In this document: positions 43,446 to 53,393 of the stretch, piece by piece | Layout of the letters: each line of letters begins with the position of its first letter | Position numbering within the stretch: position 1 is the stretch's first letter | NCBI RefSeq assembly: GCF_000027125.1 | Contig: NC_017626.1 | Source of the DNA: Escherichia coli 042 | Lineage (GTDB): Bacteria; Pseudomonadota; Gammaproteobacteria; Enterobacterales; Enterobacteriaceae | Reading direction: 5' to 3' (one strand) | Length of the DNA: 64,000 bases | Position numbers and translations under genes: made by a program | The notes under the pieces: generated by a model | What the model was told of the DNA's origin: nothing | Database searches by the model: none | What the model saw: the letters and a program-made list of their open reading frames with translations, nothing else

Positions 43446-44318
43446 TCAGAAGAAGATCCAGTTCCATACCGCGCGGGCAACAGAGACCACGGTGTCACGA
43501 ACAGCGCGCAGGGCCGTACGGACAACAGAGGCAACACAGACGCTCTCCGCTGTGTCAAATATCCGGTCCACCGCACCGGTAAACTGTTCACGGGCCTGAG
43601 AGCGGACAGACTCCGTGCGCAGCTCGTCCTGCAGTCGGGTCATCAGGGGGCTGGCGGCATGGTCGGGAAGCGCTGTCATGAGCGCACTGACCAGCGTATC
43701 CAGTTCCCAGCCGGTGCGGGCCGATACGGCAACAACCGGATGTACGGGCCGGAACAGACGGAATACCGCCTCCGTTTTCTCACGAATGTTCTGTTCCTGT
43801 GCGGGAGAAGGCTGAATACCTGCCATATCCCATTCATGGCAGGGTTCCGTTTTGTCAGCCTGCGTCACCACAAACAGCACCTGCTGATGTCCGCACTGCA
43901 GGATGTGTCGCCAGAAATACTCATCCACAGACAGGGCCCGGTCATCGGCTTTAATCAGCCACAGCACCAGGTCCAGTTCAGGCAGAATGTCACGGTACAG
44001 GGCTTCATACTCTGCATCCCTGTCCCGGCTCTCGCCCACCCCGGGCAGGTCAGTGATAACCATGCTGTGACCGTGACCACTCAGACGGAAGCGCTGCACT
44101 TCCCGGGTGCCGGCGTGAACATCACTGACCGGTGTGACCTCCCCCTGAAACAGTGCATTACAGAGTGAAGATTTACCGGCCCCGCTTTTACCCATAATGC
44201 CAATCACGGGTTCGTGACTGGTGAGTTTGCGCAGATGTTCCAGGATGTGACGGGAAAGTGAGTAAGGCAGGGAGGAGAGCGGTTTTTCAATTGCCTCAAT
44301 GGCATCAGACGGATTCAT
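43446..44318 (-). CDS. YeeP/YkfA/YfjP-family GTPase
   Basis: P-loop GIMGKSGAGKSS and DxxG motif DLPG; upstream of flu as yeeP is in CP4-44. ORF 43446-44357, internal Met start assumed. Confidence 0.8.
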   Translation of the reverse strand: MNPSDAIEAIEKPLSSLPYSLSRHILEHLRKLTSHEPVIGIMGKSGAGKSSLCNALFQGEVTPVSDVHAGTREVQRFRLSGHGHSMVITDLPGVGESRDRDAEYEALYRDILPELDLVLWLIKADDRALSVDEYFWRHILQCGHQQVLFVVTQADKTEPCHEWDMAGIQPSPAQEQNIREKTEAVFRLFRPVHPVVAVSARTGWELDTLVSALMTALPDHAASPLMTRLQDELRTESVRSQAREQFTGAVDRIFDTAESVCVASVVRTALRAVRDTVVSVARAVWNWIFF

Positions 44319-44427
44319 ACATGTATTCCCGGTGAAAAAAGACAAAACCCCGCGCACCGGAAAGGTGGCGGGGGATTCACGGAGATAATATCTGTCTGAG
44401 ATTATTTAGAATGTAACAGGTAATGAA

Positions 44428-45447
44428 TTACTTCCTTCGCTTGTGTTCAAGATATTTCTCTGTAATCAGCATTTCAAAAAACTCTCCTGTTCTCAGACCG
44501 TAAACAGTTCTGAGCTCATCAAGCATTTCTTTCACATTGCTTCTTATATGTATATTAATGGCCTTTTTACCATCACTCCGATATTTGTCCTTTTGTTTTT
44601 TCTGATGCCAGGCATGATTTATTCGTGTTCTGAACAGTTCAATGGTATCAGGCGCTTCTTTCCATAAAGCAAAGGCGACAAGAGAGGCAAGATAATATTC
44701 TTTCGTTGAAGATGGTATGAACCACCGGGTCACTGGGTTATGTACTGGATGTTTTTCATCCTGTTTTTGTTTCAGTCTTGTCCAGAACCACTGACACATT
44801 TCATCATCGTCAGGAAGGAACCACTTAAACTTTTGACAAGCGCTTTTCTTTTTAAGCCACGCCTGCCTGAGTTCCTCGAGGTATATGCTTTTTGCATTTT
44901 TATTAATTAAAGAATGGCAGGAGTCAAAATATGAAATGATTACTTTTATTCGTTCGTTATGGGATGATGGATTATCCGGAAGGTTACTTTTTTTGTAAGT
45001 ATTTAACGTTTCATCGGTAACTGTTCGTATTTTCCTGACTTCAATTCCGTTTTTTATTCCTGATGAATTATGGTTTATTTTCGGGAATTTTGTATGGTCT
45101 TCCTTCGACAGATAAATAGTAGTCCAGGTAAAGAAAGTCGCAAGTTCGTCAGTTTTCAACCAGAGAAAACTCTCTTCAGGCAGTATTGCCTGCCCTGCAA
45201 TAATTTCAAGTTCATTAATTTCTTTGCTGAGAGCTTCTTCTGCAGTCGAACCAAAAACACCAAAAGAATTGTTTGAAGCTTTATAATACTTTTCTTTTAA
45301 AAACGAATTAACATTTCTGATACAGTTTTGTGGGTTGTCAGGCGCAAACTGAGGGAATTCATTGGGGTATTTGTGATTCAGATATTCGGCATAAAACCGA
45401 CATTTACGGGGATCTTTGCATTTGATAAGCATCTGTTCGTTATTCAT
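44428..45447 (-). CDS. Orphan hypothetical protein (339 aa) in AT-rich segment
   Basis: Lys/Asn-rich ORF with low-GC codon usage unlike its neighbours; no motif recognised by eye. Confidence 0.55.
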   Translation of the reverse strand: MNNEQMLIKCKDPRKCRFYAEYLNHKYPNEFPQFAPDNPQNCIRNVNSFLKEKYYKASNNSFGVFGSTAEEALSKEINELEIIAGQAILPEESFLWLKTDELATFFTWTTIYLSKEDHTKFPKINHNSSGIKNGIEVRKIRTVTDETLNTYKKSNLPDNPSSHNERIKVIISYFDSCHSLINKNAKSIYLEELRQAWLKKKSACQKFKWFLPDDDEMCQWFWTRLKQKQDEKHPVHNPVTRWFIPSSTKEYYLASLVAFALWKEAPDTIELFRTRINHAWHQKKQKDKYRSDGKKAINIHIRSNVKEMLDELRTVYGLRTGEFFEMLITEKYLEHKRRK

Positions 45448-46941
45448 TATCTCACTCCATGTCGCCTCTCTTATAACAAAATCGTCTCAATTTTATTTTG
45501 TCACTAAGTGATTATCAAATGTTTTTGTTGTGATTTGTTTATGTTTTTAAATGTCTATGTCATGTTATCAGTGTTTTTATATAAAGATACATTGATGTTT
45601 TTATGATGGTGAAAAATCATATTTTCTTTTATATTCATTTGGTTATGATTGTTTGTTCTGCATTTGGGGGATGACAGAAAAGAATGGGCTGTGTTGATCA
45701 CATGCGCCGTATGCGCTGTCCAGGTTACAGCGCACCTCAATATTCAGTGTTTTCCTGTTGACTGGCATTGTTAATCTTATGTTTTTGGTTTTGTTTTATT
45801 GTGTGGTTGTGAATGTTGTGTTTGGTTTGATGGTTGAGAAAGAAAAAAGAAGACTATGATGCACTAATCAGGAAATATTTTCGACGCCGGTTGAGTTAAA
45901 AGAACAGATAGAGTGGACAGGTGTTGTGTTAATAGTTTACGGCTGACAGCATTCTTATTTTAATAACAGGTGTTATTATTTATGGATTTATACAGACGAT
46001 ACTCCCGCTAAATAGTCAGGTGATGATGGTCGTTGAGTGGTTTTATAAGCTACGTATAGCTCTGTAAGACTTATTAATTCAACGATGACTACCGTTTATT
46101 GATATACATGTATTCGGGAAATGTCATAAAAAATGTCACGTTGTTTGCAGAATCTTTTGTTTTTTAGTTTTTGATACGCAATGACTAAGCAGGAGGACTC
46201 ACTTTGTTTGTATGCTGACCGTGATCGTCAGTGGAGATGAACAATTGACTCTTACACTGAAAAATATACTCTCTTGTTTTTTATCGTTTATCTGCATGAA
46301 ATAAATAATCTTCAGCATTTTTCATGTGAATTTCATCATCTTACCCTGAATGTTCATTTTATCAGTATGATATTCCTTTGTTTACTGATAAAATTAACCG
46401 ATAAATGTTCTTGTTAAGATTGCCAGAATGACAGTTTTTGCTGATTCCGTGCAATGGAAGAGATATTATATCATCTATTTAAGCAATAAGTTTAATACAA
46501 ATTTCAGAAGATGTGTTGGTGAGTTGATGACTAATTTTCAGAGGGGGATGGAAAAGTGTATGGAATCCCACAAAGAAAAAATCGTTATTGTTCAGTTGAC
46601 GTTTATTTCTGGGTGATGACTCCAGTCAGCAGAATATGTTTTTTTCGATGAATGACCCAATAACTTTTTCGTGAATTTCCACGGAGCATGAAAAGCAAAT
46701 CGTTTTCCGGTCCAGCCGTTTGATGTGGGAACGGGGGCAGATGGTGGTGCTCAATGCGCCGGGTAAATATCAATACGATTTGAGGAACCATTTGCTGGTT
46801 AATCTCTTTCCGATAGCATTGGATGCAGCAATCACTACATCCAACGTGAATAACCATGAATTGCACAGAAACAATATACCTGCGACCCTCTCCGGAAATT
46901 CCGGTATCACTGACTACGTACCGCCCGGGAGTGATTATGAA

Positions 46942-47541
46942 TCAACAGGCGTATAACAGGTACTCGTCAATCATCAGTTCAAGCTCGCGCTTTTCCCGTT
47001 TGCGCGCCACAGCCCAGCTTTCAAGTTCTGCGTGTGATTTATGCTTTAACTCTTCAGTCCAGGGCTGCATGGAGTGGGCGCACATCAGATCATACCAGCA
47101 CAGCCATATCAGGGTGTGGTAGAGATCGCGATCGTCAAAACGCCGGAGCAGACTGTTCAGCCTGTTTGCCAGTCGGCTTTCTCCCAGACGATGTAGTTCA
47201 CTGAGTAAAACACCACCCAGGTTAAAATGTGTAAGTAACATGATTTCATGAGTCTGAATGCTGGTCATTAACCCTTCCTGAATGGCAGGAATGAACGGTG
47301 GCGTTGCCGGGTTGACTACCTGATAGAGTCCCTGTGGTGCCACCGAGATGATGGTGCCTTTTTCCGGCAGAAAAAAGTGGGCCAGGGTCAGGCGATGATA
47401 ACCATGAAGATGCGGAGAGCCCATTCCGTGAGCGACAATAAACCGGGTTACACTTGCCATCCATTTCTGATGCTGGGTGAGCAGCAGATCACACCGGTTT
47501 TCAAGTTTTTGCATAATATTCTCTCCTTTAGCACGCAGCAA
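46942..47541 (-). CDS. Hypothetical protein (199 aa) downstream of alpA-like gene
   Basis: Co-oriented with and adjacent to the alpA-like ORF; function unknown. Confidence 0.5.
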   Translation of the reverse strand: MLRAKGENIMQKLENRCDLLLTQHQKWMASVTRFIVAHGMGSPHLHGYHRLTLAHFFLPEKGTIISVAPQGLYQVVNPATPPFIPAIQEGLMTSIQTHEIMLLTHFNLGGVLLSELHRLGESRLANRLNSLLRRFDDRDLYHTLIWLCWYDLMCAHSMQPWTEELKHKSHAELESWAVARKREKRELELMIDEYLLYAC

Positions 47542-47599
47542 AATGCCTCCGGAGGCCGGATAGTGTATTCGCTGCGGTTGAACGGGTAATGGTCAGGAA

Positions 47600-47806
47600 T
47601 TACGGACGGGATTGTGCAATACGCGCCTGCAACCAGGCTTCCACTTCACTTTTCAGCCATCGGGAGCTGCGGCCGAGTTTGATGGGGGCCGGAAAGGCAC
47701 CATCCTTGATGAGCTTGTAAAACCACTTATCGGTTAAGCCGGTCAGTTGAGTGATAAACGCCATGTCGACCATCTGGTCATCCATCAGCGAAACTGGGGT
47801 ATTCAT
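47600..47806 (-). CDS. alpA: AlpA-family phage regulatory protein (excisionase-like HTH)
   Basis: ORF 47600-47878; from the internal Met, MNTPVSLMDDQMVDMAFITQLTGLTDKWFYKLIKDGAFPAPIKLGRSSRWLKSEVEAWL matches the AlpA/Phage_AlpA HTH pattern. Confidence 0.7.
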   Translation of the reverse strand: MNTPVSLMDDQMVDMAFITQLTGLTDKWFYKLIKDGAFPAPIKLGRSSRWLKSEVEAWLQARIAQSRP

Positions 47807-48504
47807 GAAAATGTTCCTCCGGATGTTGTTAATCTCAACCGGCGTTGGTGATGAAAAACGCACCACCTTCACTGGCATAACAACCGGGGAGAAACGTAAA
47901 AAATGAGCAGGGGAATATTCCTGTCGGGAGATAAACAGGGAGCATGATGCTGGGATACCCGGTGGCTACCGCGAAACGATGTTTCTCGCGCGTACGCACG
48001 ACAGAGAAGGGATGATTTTCGGGAGGATGAGGGGAAGAACCGTCGTTCTTATAATTGCAGAGTTATTTACGGGGCGGTTACGGTGGGGCAGCTCGTGCCT
48101 TGTGGGCAGGGACAGGTATCACCGATGGGATAAGACTGTCTGATTGGTATTATAAATATATAAGAGAGATCAAACACATGAGTTCATATCTGTGAAATAA
48201 ACACTGTGAGTGTGATCAGTGGGTATGAGAACGCAGTAGCAACAGATTACGTTGTACTCACAGGGCTATCCCTGATAGCTGGCGTATAACCTGCGTATAT
48301 AAAACGTACCTGCAACACACGTGAACAGAGTGCATTAAGCATCCGTCTGAGCGGTAAACGTATCCGACCTGGTGAGTGACAGTCTGAGAGACCGGTTAAG
48401 TGGTGGTGCGGGAGTAATGAGTTTGGGGTGGGTACCAGAATGCCAGTCAGGTGCGGTATGCTGGCAGTATCACGTTAATTGCAGCATAAAGTGATGAGAG
48501 GCTA

Positions 48505-48717
48505 ATGGAAGTTAAAACCAAAGAAGACTGGCTGTATCAGTTCCGTCGTTGTTCATCCCGGGAGACGCTGGAAAAAGTGATTTCCCACACACGTTATAAA
48601 CTTACCCTTGCGGAGCTGGAAGCCTTCAACTCTGCGGTTGATCACCGACTGGCAGAACTAACCATGAACAAACTTTACGATCGCGTTCCGGCTTCTGTCT
48701 GGAAATATGTTACCTGA
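48505..48717 (+). CDS. hha: Hha/YmoA-family nucleoid-associated modulator paralogue
   Basis: 70 aa; ...[56 protein letters not shown] aligns with core Hha (RRCQTIDTLERVIEK...[25 protein letters not shown]). Confidence 0.8.
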   Translation: [70 protein letters not shown]

Positions 48718-49333
48718 ACGTTCGGTAATCACAGCGGTATTGTGCCGGGCGTTATATGCCTGTGATTCTTTTGCTCTTCTCTGGTTGCTGCAAAGCTGAA
48801 TATGTTCCTGTTGTTGGAGGCCGAGGTAATACCGGGAACGTTAAGCGGTATAGCGACAACAAAGAATTCGAAATCAAAAGGGAATGGTGTACGGAGGTGC
48901 GGGCGGTAATGGGCCGATTTTCGGGCATTACCGACCTCTGCTGAGGTTTTCTCGTATTAGCCGGGGATCCGGTGCGTTGAATATTGACGGCATAAACCGA
49001 CAGGCAGAGTCAGCACCAGCAGTGACGTCAGTAGACAGCGCCGACGATCGGTATTCCGGTAATGGGCAACATCCGTATTATGAGTAATTGCCTTACCACA
49101 ATCCCTGCACACCGTTTTGTGTATCACCATAGCTCCCTCCTCACAGTCTTATCTGTAACCGGTTTTTGGCATTAAAAAAACAACGCTGAAAATTCAGCCG
49201 TCAGTCCGGAGACGACAATCGGGTTATCACAGAGTGCCTGAGATATTGCCCGGTTGGAGGTCACTTCAGGGACTCTGCGCATTTTTTACGGCGTGGTTAT
49301 TCCGTATGAACGAAACCATACGGAGATTTAACC

Positions 49334-49903
49334 ATGACATACGAGTACAACCCCTTCTGGCAACAACGTATCCGTGAGACGGTGCTGCGCGCACTGGATG
49401 TTCATCCCCGTCTGACGGCATTGCGGATTGACCTGCGTCTCCCGGATGTACCGGCAGCAACTGACGCAGCAGTGATATCCCGCTTCATCAATGCCCTGAA
49501 AGCCCGAATCGATGCTTATCAGAAGCGTAAGCGCCGTGAAGGCAAACGCGTGCATCCCACAACCCTGCATTACGTCTGGGCCCGGGAGTTTGGGGAGTGC
49601 AAAGGTAAAAAACACTATCACCTGATGCTGCTGGTCAACCGGGATACCTGGTGTCGTGCCGGCGATTACCGCGCTCCGGGATCACTGGCCGGGATGATTA
49701 AACAGGCGTGGTGCAGTGCCCTGGGAGTGGATACCGGAGATCATACCACGCTGGCGCATTTTCCGGTCAGGCCGGCGGTGTGGCTGGAACGCGATGATGA
49801 CACCGGCTTTCAGCAGGTGCTGGAGCGTGCTGACTATCTGGCGAAGGAGAGTACCAAAGCTTACGGCACCGGTGAGCGCAACTTTGGCTGCAGTCGTGGC
49901 TGA
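49334..49903 (+). CDS. YagK/YfjJ-family protein
   Basis: 189 aa; MTYEYNPFWQQRIRETVLRALDVHPRLTALRIDLRLPD, typical of the YagK/YfjJ family found in CP4-6/CP4-57-type elements. Confidence 0.7.
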   Translation: MTYEYNPFWQQRIRETVLRALDVHPRLTALRIDLRLPDVPAATDAAVISRFINALKARIDAYQKRKRREGKRVHPTTLHYVWAREFGECKGKKHYHLMLLVNRDTWCRAGDYRAPGSLAGMIKQAWCSALGVDTGDHTTLAHFPVRPAVWLERDDDTGFQQVLERADYLAKESTKAYGTGERNFGCSRG

Positions 49904-50064
49904 GCCCGACAGACGACTTATCTGACCTTAGTGTGATGACGTGTTCACAGCGACCACACTGATTTTCCCTTCTGAGACTGAACTGAAAACCGCCATTCAC
50001 ACCCTGACCACGCTGCCCGTACCGGGACGGCTGTTGCCTGCGTGTCGTCTGGCGGCTGAGGAAT

Positions 50065-50454
50065 ATGACGATGTACGCAAAATCCTTTCTCGCACTTGAT
50101 GGCAACGGACGTCTGACCGGTGCCCGTACCGCACAGACAGCGCCATACGATCGTTACACCTGCCACCTCTGTGGCAGTGCTCTCAGATACCACCCGCAAT
50201 ACGACACTGAACGTCCCTGGTTTGAACACACTGACGACGGGCTGACTGAGCATGGTCATGAGTGCCCTTATGTCAGACCGGAGCGCAGAGAAATACTGTT
50301 GATTAAACGCTTACGGCAATTCGTACCGGACGCCTTACCCGTAGTGCGTAAAGCCAGCTGGCACTGCAGACAATGTCACCACGATTATTATGGGGAGCAG
50401 TACTGCACACACTGTCATACAGGGCGCTTCAGTGAGGAGGTGGTTGCAGAATGA
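50065..50454 (+). CDS. Cys/His-rich zinc-ribbon-like protein (129 aa)
   Basis: Motifs CHLCGSAL...WFEH...HECPY...WHCRQCHHDYYGEQYCTHCHTG. Confidence 0.5.
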   Translation: MTMYAKSFLALDGNGRLTGARTAQTAPYDRYTCHLCGSALRYHPQYDTERPWFEHTDDGLTEHGHECPYVRPERREILLIKRLRQFVPDALPVVRKASWHCRQCHHDYYGEQYCTHCHTGRFSEEVVAE

Positions 50455-50863
50455 ACGGTATAAAAACGGGGCTGGGATCACGCCGGGTGAGCACATTATC
50501 AGTGCCGATTCTGCGCTCAGCAGAAATATCCGGCATTGTTTCTGTCTTTCCTGTCGTGGCCGGTTGATTTTGCAGACAGATGCTCAGGGGGCGTGGTTTG
50601 AGCACGATTTACATGCCCTGAGCGCGCAACAGAAGGCGGCCTGCGTGGTGCTGAATCCGGAAAAATCCCATCCTTACATTGATGATATGGCGATGTTTTT
50701 ATCGCCATTACCTGTCGTGCTGGAGTGGCATTGTGTGATGTGCGGGCAGCATTTTTCCGGGAAAAAGTTCTGTGAAGCCTGTGGCACGGGGATTTATTGC
50801 AGAGCGGCATGTACGAAGTATGTTTACAGATACCAGCCAGATTTGCTCCGGGACCAGGAGTGA
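50390..50863 (+). CDS. Second zinc-ribbon-like paralogue; start unclear, possibly frameshifted
   Basis: Repeats the neighbour's pattern (CFCLSC...WFEH...WHCVMCGQHF..FCEACGTG.YC) in a different frame. The only in-frame ATG (50390) lies 65 nt inside the upstream ORF; a strong SD plus ATG at ~50450 is in a third frame. Confidence 0.4.
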   Translation: MGSSTAHTVIQGASVRRWLQNERYKNGAGITPGEHIISADSALSRNIRHCFCLSCRGRLILQTDAQGAWFEHDLHALSAQQKAACVVLNPEKSHPYIDDMAMFLSPLPVVLEWHCVMCGQHFSGKKFCEACGTGIYCRAACTKYVYRYQPDLLRDQE

Positions 50864-51135
50864 GGGAGATGCGACATAATTACTTGATCATGCCAGTCAT
50901 GCCCCTGCCGGATCCGGATGTGGTCCGGCGCTTTGTTCCGCGGACGGTGGCTCACTGGCTGTGTCTGCTGATGATCCTCTTTATGCGACATTCAGACAGG
51001 GGAGACATCGATAAACATCATCATCTGCGGGCAAATAGTTACACAGAATGATCATTGCTACCGGTTATGGCAAAACTTGGTGATGACCAGGTGAACCATC
51101 GGTGCTTCCGTTGATTCTTATGGACTGATAAAGTT

Positions 51136-51795
51136 TTGTCAGCTGAATCTTTATACGGAATGCTCTTCAGTATGCGTACACAAATTGACTATCTGGCGGA
51201 TAAATACTGTTTTACAGAACGGAACGAATCGCCCCGTCTTCGCCAGCAGTGGCAGGATGTTCTGGAGGAGTGCCGGCAGACAGAGGCCGGGCCAGAAGAA
51301 CGGCTGCGTATTGCACTGCTGAATGTGGATTACGTCACCAGTTTTGAACTGCCTTTTCGCTTGTTGCTTACCCGTACACCACAACTGATTGCTGCGCTGC
51401 GTGAAGAATGGGGAATCAGCCAGAAAAATGTGGTGTTTAACGATAAACGGTTTGGCTGCGTGTACAGCCTGAAGGCCAGCCTTTCTGGTGTGCCGGATAC
51501 ATTCCGGTATCATCTGTCTCATCGTATTCGTCGCGTGGTTGGGAATGAAAACACATCATTGCCATATCAGCAGGTTGCCCGGGAAGTGAAAGCGCCCCGT
51601 GAACGGCTGAAGTATGCACTGGAGGCGGGTTTACTGGTGACTGCACTGGACGGCCTGTTCTGGTTTGGCAGTCAGCGTATTGCGGCTGATGTTCTGAGGC
51701 TGAGAAAGGCCGGAATGCCGGTGGTGACCACGACCGTGGAGGTGCACGATAACCTGACAGGAACAACCCGCAAAGTACCGGCATACCATCTCTGA
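51136..51795 (+). CDS. Putative DNA-binding protein (219 aa), YagL/YfjR-like by position
   Basis: C-terminal HTH-like segment LPYQQVAREVKAPRERLKYALEAGLL; downstream of the yagK-like gene. Confidence 0.45.
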   Translation: MSAESLYGMLFSMRTQIDYLADKYCFTERNESPRLRQQWQDVLEECRQTEAGPEERLRIALLNVDYVTSFELPFRLLLTRTPQLIAALREEWGISQKNVVFNDKRFGCVYSLKASLSGVPDTFRYHLSHRIRRVVGNENTSLPYQQVAREVKAPRERLKYALEAGLLVTALDGLFWFGSQRIAADVLRLRKAGMPVVTTTVEVHDNLTGTTRKVPAYHL

Positions 51796-52176
51796 TACAA
51801 CCATCAGGGGGAATATTGCTCTGGCAGCAGCAGTACGACATTCTTTATACTTTATCCCCGTGCCTGAAAACATGTGCTAAGGAAACGGGAATGGCAAGGT
51901 CCGATTACGATATTATCAATCTGTCTCTGGAACATGAACTGAATGAGTGGCTGGCAGAGAGAGGTTATGCCGGACTGGTGGATAACCGGAACCGCCTGGC
52001 AGAGGTGGTTACCCGGAAATTGCAGGACAGCTTTTATATCAACGTTTCCTGGGATGCGCTGAACACAGCATACAGTGAACACCCGGAGTGGTTTTCAGGG
52101 CTTGTCTCCGGGGATGAGAATTAATAAGTGGATTATGCTGCCATCAGGCAATGTGATTGCCGGCAGGGATTTCGTT

Positions 52177-52368
52177 TTATTCTGTTTCTTCCCGGGGTTC
52201 GGGTTTGAATTTTCCCAGGAAGTTGTACATCGGTCGCATGCAGGGATGCGGATAGCCGTCCCGCATAAACACCACCCGGGTTTCCTCAACACTGGTCACG
52301 GTGACAAGCGCACCATGATCGTCTCTGTATCGCTGATTGATTTTCGGTAATGGAATATCTTCTGACAT
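52177..52368 (-). CDS. Small hypothetical protein (63 aa)
   Basis: Short ORF with plausible start, between the island regulator-like gene and the T6SS promoter; weak support. Confidence 0.3.
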   Translation of the reverse strand: MSEDIPLPKINQRYRDDHGALVTVTSVEETRVVFMRDGYPHPCMRPMYNFLGKFKPEPREETE

Positions 52369-52745
52369 AGATTTCAGAACGGTAACAGTTAACTAAATTT
52401 TCATGTGGTAGCACTGAATCAGGAGTCTCTGCCTCCTGATGTGTTTTGTTAATCTTCTGTTTTTACTAGAAATCCCCTCACTCCTTCTTTCATTGCATTT
52501 TGTTGGGCCCTTCCTCCATATCTTTCCCGCTTTCCAGAAATCACGTCAATGCTGCTGAAACTTTACTCATTGTGATTTTCAATGACTGAAATCAAGAAAA
52601 TACAGTGTTTATGTTAACTGGCTGTATCAAAAGTGTTTTGTGGAATAATTTTCTGTATTTTTACATTAACAATGGTTATAAGCTTTGAATATTCATTATT
52701 TTGCGACATTCCATAGAATAAAGTCCTGATTATTTGCATTATATC

Positions 52746-52798
52746 GATCGATGTATCTGTTATATTGAGATTTTTCAGATCTTCGTCCTATAATGATC
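52746..52798 (+). promoter_or_regulatory. T6SS promoter candidate: TATAAT -10 flanked by three GATC sites in an AT-rich Fur-box-like context
   Basis: GATC at 52746, 52778 and 52795; TATAAT at 52789-52794 abuts the third GATC; ataatgatcaaaatta resembles the Fur-box core; ~80 nt upstream of tssB. Confidence 0.6.
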
Positions 52799-52874
52799 AA
52801 AATTAAATCAGTGCACAAGGGGAGGCATCTGCGGTGATGGAACCCCTGAGATGCAGGTTTCACAGGAGAGAGCC

Positions 52875-53372
52875 ATGAGCAGTTCGTTTCAGAATGAAAT
52901 CCCGAAAGCAAGGGTAAATCTGAAATTAGACCTACATACGGGTGGTGGGCAGAAGAAAGTGGAGCTTCCGCTCAAACTTCTGGTTGCCGGTGATTTCAGT
53001 AACGGACAGGAAGAGCGTCCACTGTCAGAGCGTGTAAAAACGGATATTAATAAAAACAATTTTAATGATGTTCTGGCAGATATCTCCCCGTCTGTACATC
53101 TGAATGTGGAGAACACGCTTGCCGGTGATGGCTCTGAAGAGAGCATCAGCCTGACTTTCCGCAATATGAACGATTTCACGCCAGAGCAGGTCGCCCGACA
53201 GATTCCCCGTCTTAAAGCCATGCTGGCCATGCGTAGCCTTCTGCGGGACCTGAAAGCCAATCTGCTGGATAACGTGACTTTCCGTAAAGAGCTGGAAAAA
53301 ATTCTGCGTGACCCGGCACTGAGTCAGACGCTGCGTGATGAACTGCGTGCACTGGTGCCGGAAAAGGCGTGA
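52875..53372 (+). CDS. tssB: T6SS contractile sheath small subunit TssB
   Basis: ORF 52851-53372; from the internal Met, MSSSFQNEIPKARVNLKLDL...VELPLKLLVAGDF, a typical TssB/VipA N-terminus; RBS aggagag upstream. Confidence 0.93.
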   Translation: MSSSFQNEIPKARVNLKLDLHTGGGQKKVELPLKLLVAGDFSNGQEERPLSERVKTDINKNNFNDVLADISPSVHLNVENTLAGDGSEESISLTFRNMNDFTPEQVARQIPRLKAMLAMRSLLRDLKANLLDNVTFRKELEKILRDPALSQTLRDELRALVPEKA

Positions 53373-53393
53373 TTTAACGGATTACGAGAGAAA

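Noticed and set aside
45450-46940. Possible CRISPR array or IS element in the ORF-free AT-rich stretch
   Set aside because: No regularly spaced direct repeats of constant length and no terminal inverted repeats or transposase ORF. The repetitiveness is low-complexity GT-rich sequence only.
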